Shown: piece after piece, positions 5,523-8,360 of the stretch
How positions within the stretch are numbered: position 1 is the stretch's first letter
Layout of the letters: every line of letters begins with the position of its first letter
Translations under genes and position numbers: made by a program
Notes under the pieces: generated by a model
The model's input: the letters and a program-made list of their open reading frames with translations, nothing else
What the model was told of the DNA's origin: nothing
Database searches by the model: none
Source of the DNA: Vitrella brassicaformis CCMP3155
Taxonomy: Eukaryota; Protista; Chromerida
DNA length: 8,360 nt
Direction: 5' to 3'
Assembly (NCBI GenBank): GCA_001179505.1
Contig: CDMY01000955.1
Location: forward strand, 1 to 8,360

Positions 5523-8267
5523 GTCTTCACCAACAACGGTTGCCGGTGCACCGATGAGTGCCGGAAGCGGTCAAGGAAGCGGTCGTCAGACGATAGGCCG
5601 ACGTGCCTGATCCATTGAATGGAGGATTGTGAAGACCAATCGGAAAGTGGCTCGTACCGATTGCCTGAATGCGACAGTCCCAAGTGGGCGTACCAGCTGA
5701 GGCCGCCCACTTTCTGTGCGGGGGTGGCAGAGCGCCTCGGCCGCAGGAGGAAGGCACACTGGACGCATCTCGTGTATATGAACGCGGTGAGTGGGACGGA
5801 CGCTGCCATGTCACGGAGACGACGCTTTCGTCCGTTTCGTGTGTGTCCGTGTGTGCTGGTATCATCAGGATAATAATTTGGAGAGCTATGCGATGGATGA
5901 CTTGAAAGAGATGCTTCAGATCCCCAAGGGCGACATCAACCTGCTGGTGCTCGTCGACCGCGCCGACCCTAAGGTGGACGACTCGTCGCACCGAGCCATC
6001 CACGAGATGGTCGTCTGCCCAGAAGTCACCCCAGAGGTCAACGCCAGAGAGGTATGCAGGCACAGGCACTCTCACAAACATACATACAGACAGACAGACG
6101 AGCGTTTATGGCTTTGCAGTAATGTGCGGTTCAGGTCAGACAGCAATTTTCTGAGACCTATGAGCTGCTGATGATCGGCGATCCGTATGAGAACGAGAAC
6201 AGCACCAGCAGGCGCCGCTGGCTGCTCAAGAGAGACTGGGGGGAGGCCAATATGGACGATGGGGAAGTGCTTCGAGTGAGTGGTGTGATAGCCATTGTCT
6301 CTATCGAGTGACAATGGCGGTCTTCTGTGGGTGTGCTTTTGTGTGGTTCTGGTGTTGTGTGCGAGTAGGAGTTTATCTCCAATGCGCTGAAGGATTTTCC
6401 CGCTGAGCATTACGCACTCACTTTTTAGGATCATGGCGTCGGCCGGAAAGGGTAACTGAAGCTAAACATGGAAGCATGCATCAACAGACCCTAGAATGGC
6501 AAATTTGTGTGGGGGTGTTGTTTGCAGGTTTGGTGGCGACTCCCACACGCCTGAACTTGCAGCACTGCTAAACCTCTTCGCTCTGGAGCAGGGCATTAGG
6601 GCAAGCAGAGCCTTGCTGAACCCGAGAATTGTTTCAGTGTCCTCTTTTGTTGACCACAGAATGGAGTCAAGGGTGCAGGCATGCCTGACGACTTCCGCTT
6701 CGACCTGCTATCATTCGACGCATGCCTGATGAGCTCATATGAGGTCACGTCTGCGCTGTCGGCGCAGGGACACTACTTTCTCGGTAGTGAACGTAATTAC
6801 TCAGTACAAGCGCCCTCTGCTGGCTTGCCTGACATGCTCTCTTACCGCGTCTTGCAGGAAGTGAGACCATTATTAGTGGCGATGGCTGGCGTTGGCAGTC
6901 CTTAAAACCCAACACAACTGGCAGCGATGGCAATGCAACCCCGCCGCTCGACTACGCCAGAGGCATCGCCCTAGCGACGATGGACTCCTACGTGCGGCAG
7001 CATCGATTGATGAATCTCGCCATTGTCGACCTGTACAAGCAGCACGAGTTCCGCTAGGCCTTCGCCAAGAGCCAGCAGAGGCTTGTAAGTCGGCTGGACA
7101 CGTGTATGAAGACAGTCGAGGTCGATCGCGTCCGGACGGCTCATCAGAACGCCGACGACGGACTGCGAGGGTACAAGCAAGAGCTATTCAGCCGTGACAT
7201 CGCTAATCCGGTGGACATGGGCCATCTACTGCGTTCTCTGGAGTCAGAGATGGAGCGCGTGATGCCGTCAGAGGAGCTGGAGATCCTCAGAGAGGCTTAT
7301 CGACTGTACAACCAAAGCATCCTCTACTCCAATGCATCTAGTGGATTTGAGGCCATTCCGTTGACAGGTCCGCATAATTCATCACGACACACAGAAGACA
7401 CACAGTAACGAAACATGAGTATTTGTCCGTATGTCGTTTCATCAGGAGTGCATGTCGATCTGCCTCGGAAGCCAGGGCATCATCGGTGGCTCACAGCGAT
7501 GGGTTCGCCCGCGCTGCCTGCAAGTTGTGAGCTGCAGGTCAATAACGCCACGATATGGGGAGCGACGATCCAACAAGATGAGTACTGGCAGGAGTTCGGC
7601 ACGCCGAGGGACTTGATGGTTTTCCTCGAACCCATCTACGACATCAAGCGCACTGTGTGTCGTGCGGGGCAGAGTCAAGAAGACAGCGATGTGCCCTTTC
7701 GATTTATCAACTCTACTCTTTACCTGATGACCAACGCCACTGTGAAGGAAGACTCGACCACCGCAGAGGCGTTGACGTCTTCAGAAGACAAGCCCTCGCT
7801 ACTCTACAAAATCGAAGTTAGAAACACATCTGACGGAGTTGCTTCCTACACGGTGGGGCGAAGAGCAAGAGAGCGAATCATAATGACTGCATGAGTGCAT
7901 CCTTCATTGCGTTCAGGCCCTGAAGGCCATGGTGACTAAACCCGAATCCGACAGTACCACGTCCCGCCGGGCCTTTGTGGTGACTACAGAAGAGCCACCA
8001 GATAAGGAAGAACGGCGAGAAGCGGGCATCCGATCGATCACGTGACGGCCGACTGGCAGGGCGAGGGCTGGATCCTCTATCAACGCATCTGGGGAGGTAT
8101 CGATGGCAATTTGACACGGTCCAAATGCAACGTCCCCTCGTGGATCAGAGAATGCCCTGAGGGTTTCAGCAATGCCGACAGGAGCAACCGGACATTCAAC
8201 CGCCAGTGTGTATGGCTGAGTGCGCTGGTGCCTCCTCGCAGGAATGGAGCTACCCGGCGAGTCCTGC
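5523..8267 (+). pseudogene. Decayed, telomere-truncated second copy of the Cys-rich + C11 peptidase + unknown-domain unit
   Basis: Exons 4867-5786, 5869-6051, 6135-6275, 6369-6451, 6528-6600, 6660-6783, 6858-7367, 7446-7852, 7917-8267. Internal exon lengths 183/141/83/73/124 equal those of unit 1. In-frame stops at 5520 (TAG vs CAG), 5616 (TGA vs CCA), 6426 (TAG vs TGG) and 7055 (TAG vs GAG). Frameshift at ~8010-8035. GC donor at 6601. His 6432-6434 and Cys 6723-6725 are retained. Confidence 0.82.
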
Positions 8268-8360
8268 CTTAGGGTTTAGGGTTTAGGGTCTAGGGGTTAG
8301 GGTTTAGGGGGTAGGGTTTAGGGTTTAGGGTTTAGGGGTTTAGGGGTTTAGGGGTTTACG
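8268..8360 (+). repeat. Telomeric repeat tract, TTTAGGG type with variants (TTAGGG, TCTAGGGG, TTTAGGGG)
   Basis: About 12 units. The G-rich strand runs 5'->3' toward the window end, the orientation expected at a right chromosome end. Confidence 0.9.

Larger units (their letters stand above)
762..8267 (+). repeat. ~4.2-kb direct tandem duplication (unit 1 ~762/909-4207; unit 2 5178-8267)
   Basis: Collinear protein homology and shared intron positions. Offset is 4245 nt at the first C11 intron (1542 vs 5787). Confidence 0.9.

Noticed and set aside
5520-7057. Stop-codon reassignment or readthrough (TAG=Gln/Glu, TGA=Trp/Sec) explaining the in-frame stops
   Set aside because: TAG aligns with Q, W and E at different sites, including the conserved W of FWDHG, and TGA aligns with Pro. 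Unit 1 has no in-frame stops in over 1100 codons. A frameshift and a truncation accompany the stops, so pseudogenisation is simpler.
262-7894. Reading the many short + strand ORFs as separate prokaryotic genes of an operon
   Set aside because: Their starts lie in intronic sequence, GT-AG splicing joins them in phase into continuous motifs, and the telomere and microsatellites indicate a eukaryote.
461-8117. Minus-strand and alternative-frame ORFs in the track (e.g. 682-1455, 758-1243, 933-1523, 4048-4548, 5527-6081)
   Set aside because: They are shadows of GC-rich + strand exons, with no recognisable motifs and low-complexity Arg/Ser/Pro composition.
5178-8267. Unit 2 as a processed (retro) pseudogene because it lacks two introns
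   Set aside because: It retains eight introns at the same positions as unit 1, so it is a DNA-level duplicate. Only local cDNA-mediated intron loss remains possible.

Overview
Eukaryotic, intron-rich subtelomeric DNA. It is probably from an alveolate: short GT-AG introns, GC-rich exons, TSP1 modules and TTTAGGG telomeres resemble chromerids or apicomplexans such as Vitrella (inference only). The + strand carries one large spliced gene entering from the left edge. Its domains, in order, are Kelch/Asp-box (BNR) propeller repeats, two TSP1 repeats, a tandem Cys-rich module, an intact clostripain-like (MEROPS C11) peptidase with His/Cys dyad, an unassigned ~350-aa domain, an acidic/Cys linker and a third TSP1. 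My manual exon model gives 15 exons, 4350 nt, 1449 aa visible, with every intron phase consistent, ending at TAG 5520-5522. From 5178 onward the sequence is a ~4.2-kb tandem duplicate of the TSP1-Cys-C11-unknown unit. This second unit has decayed (4 in-frame stops, 1 frameshift, 1 GC donor), lacks two introns present in the first unit, shows patchy near-identity suggesting gene conversion, and is cut mid-exon at ~8267 by a TTTAGGG-type telomeric tract, consistent with de novo telomere healing.
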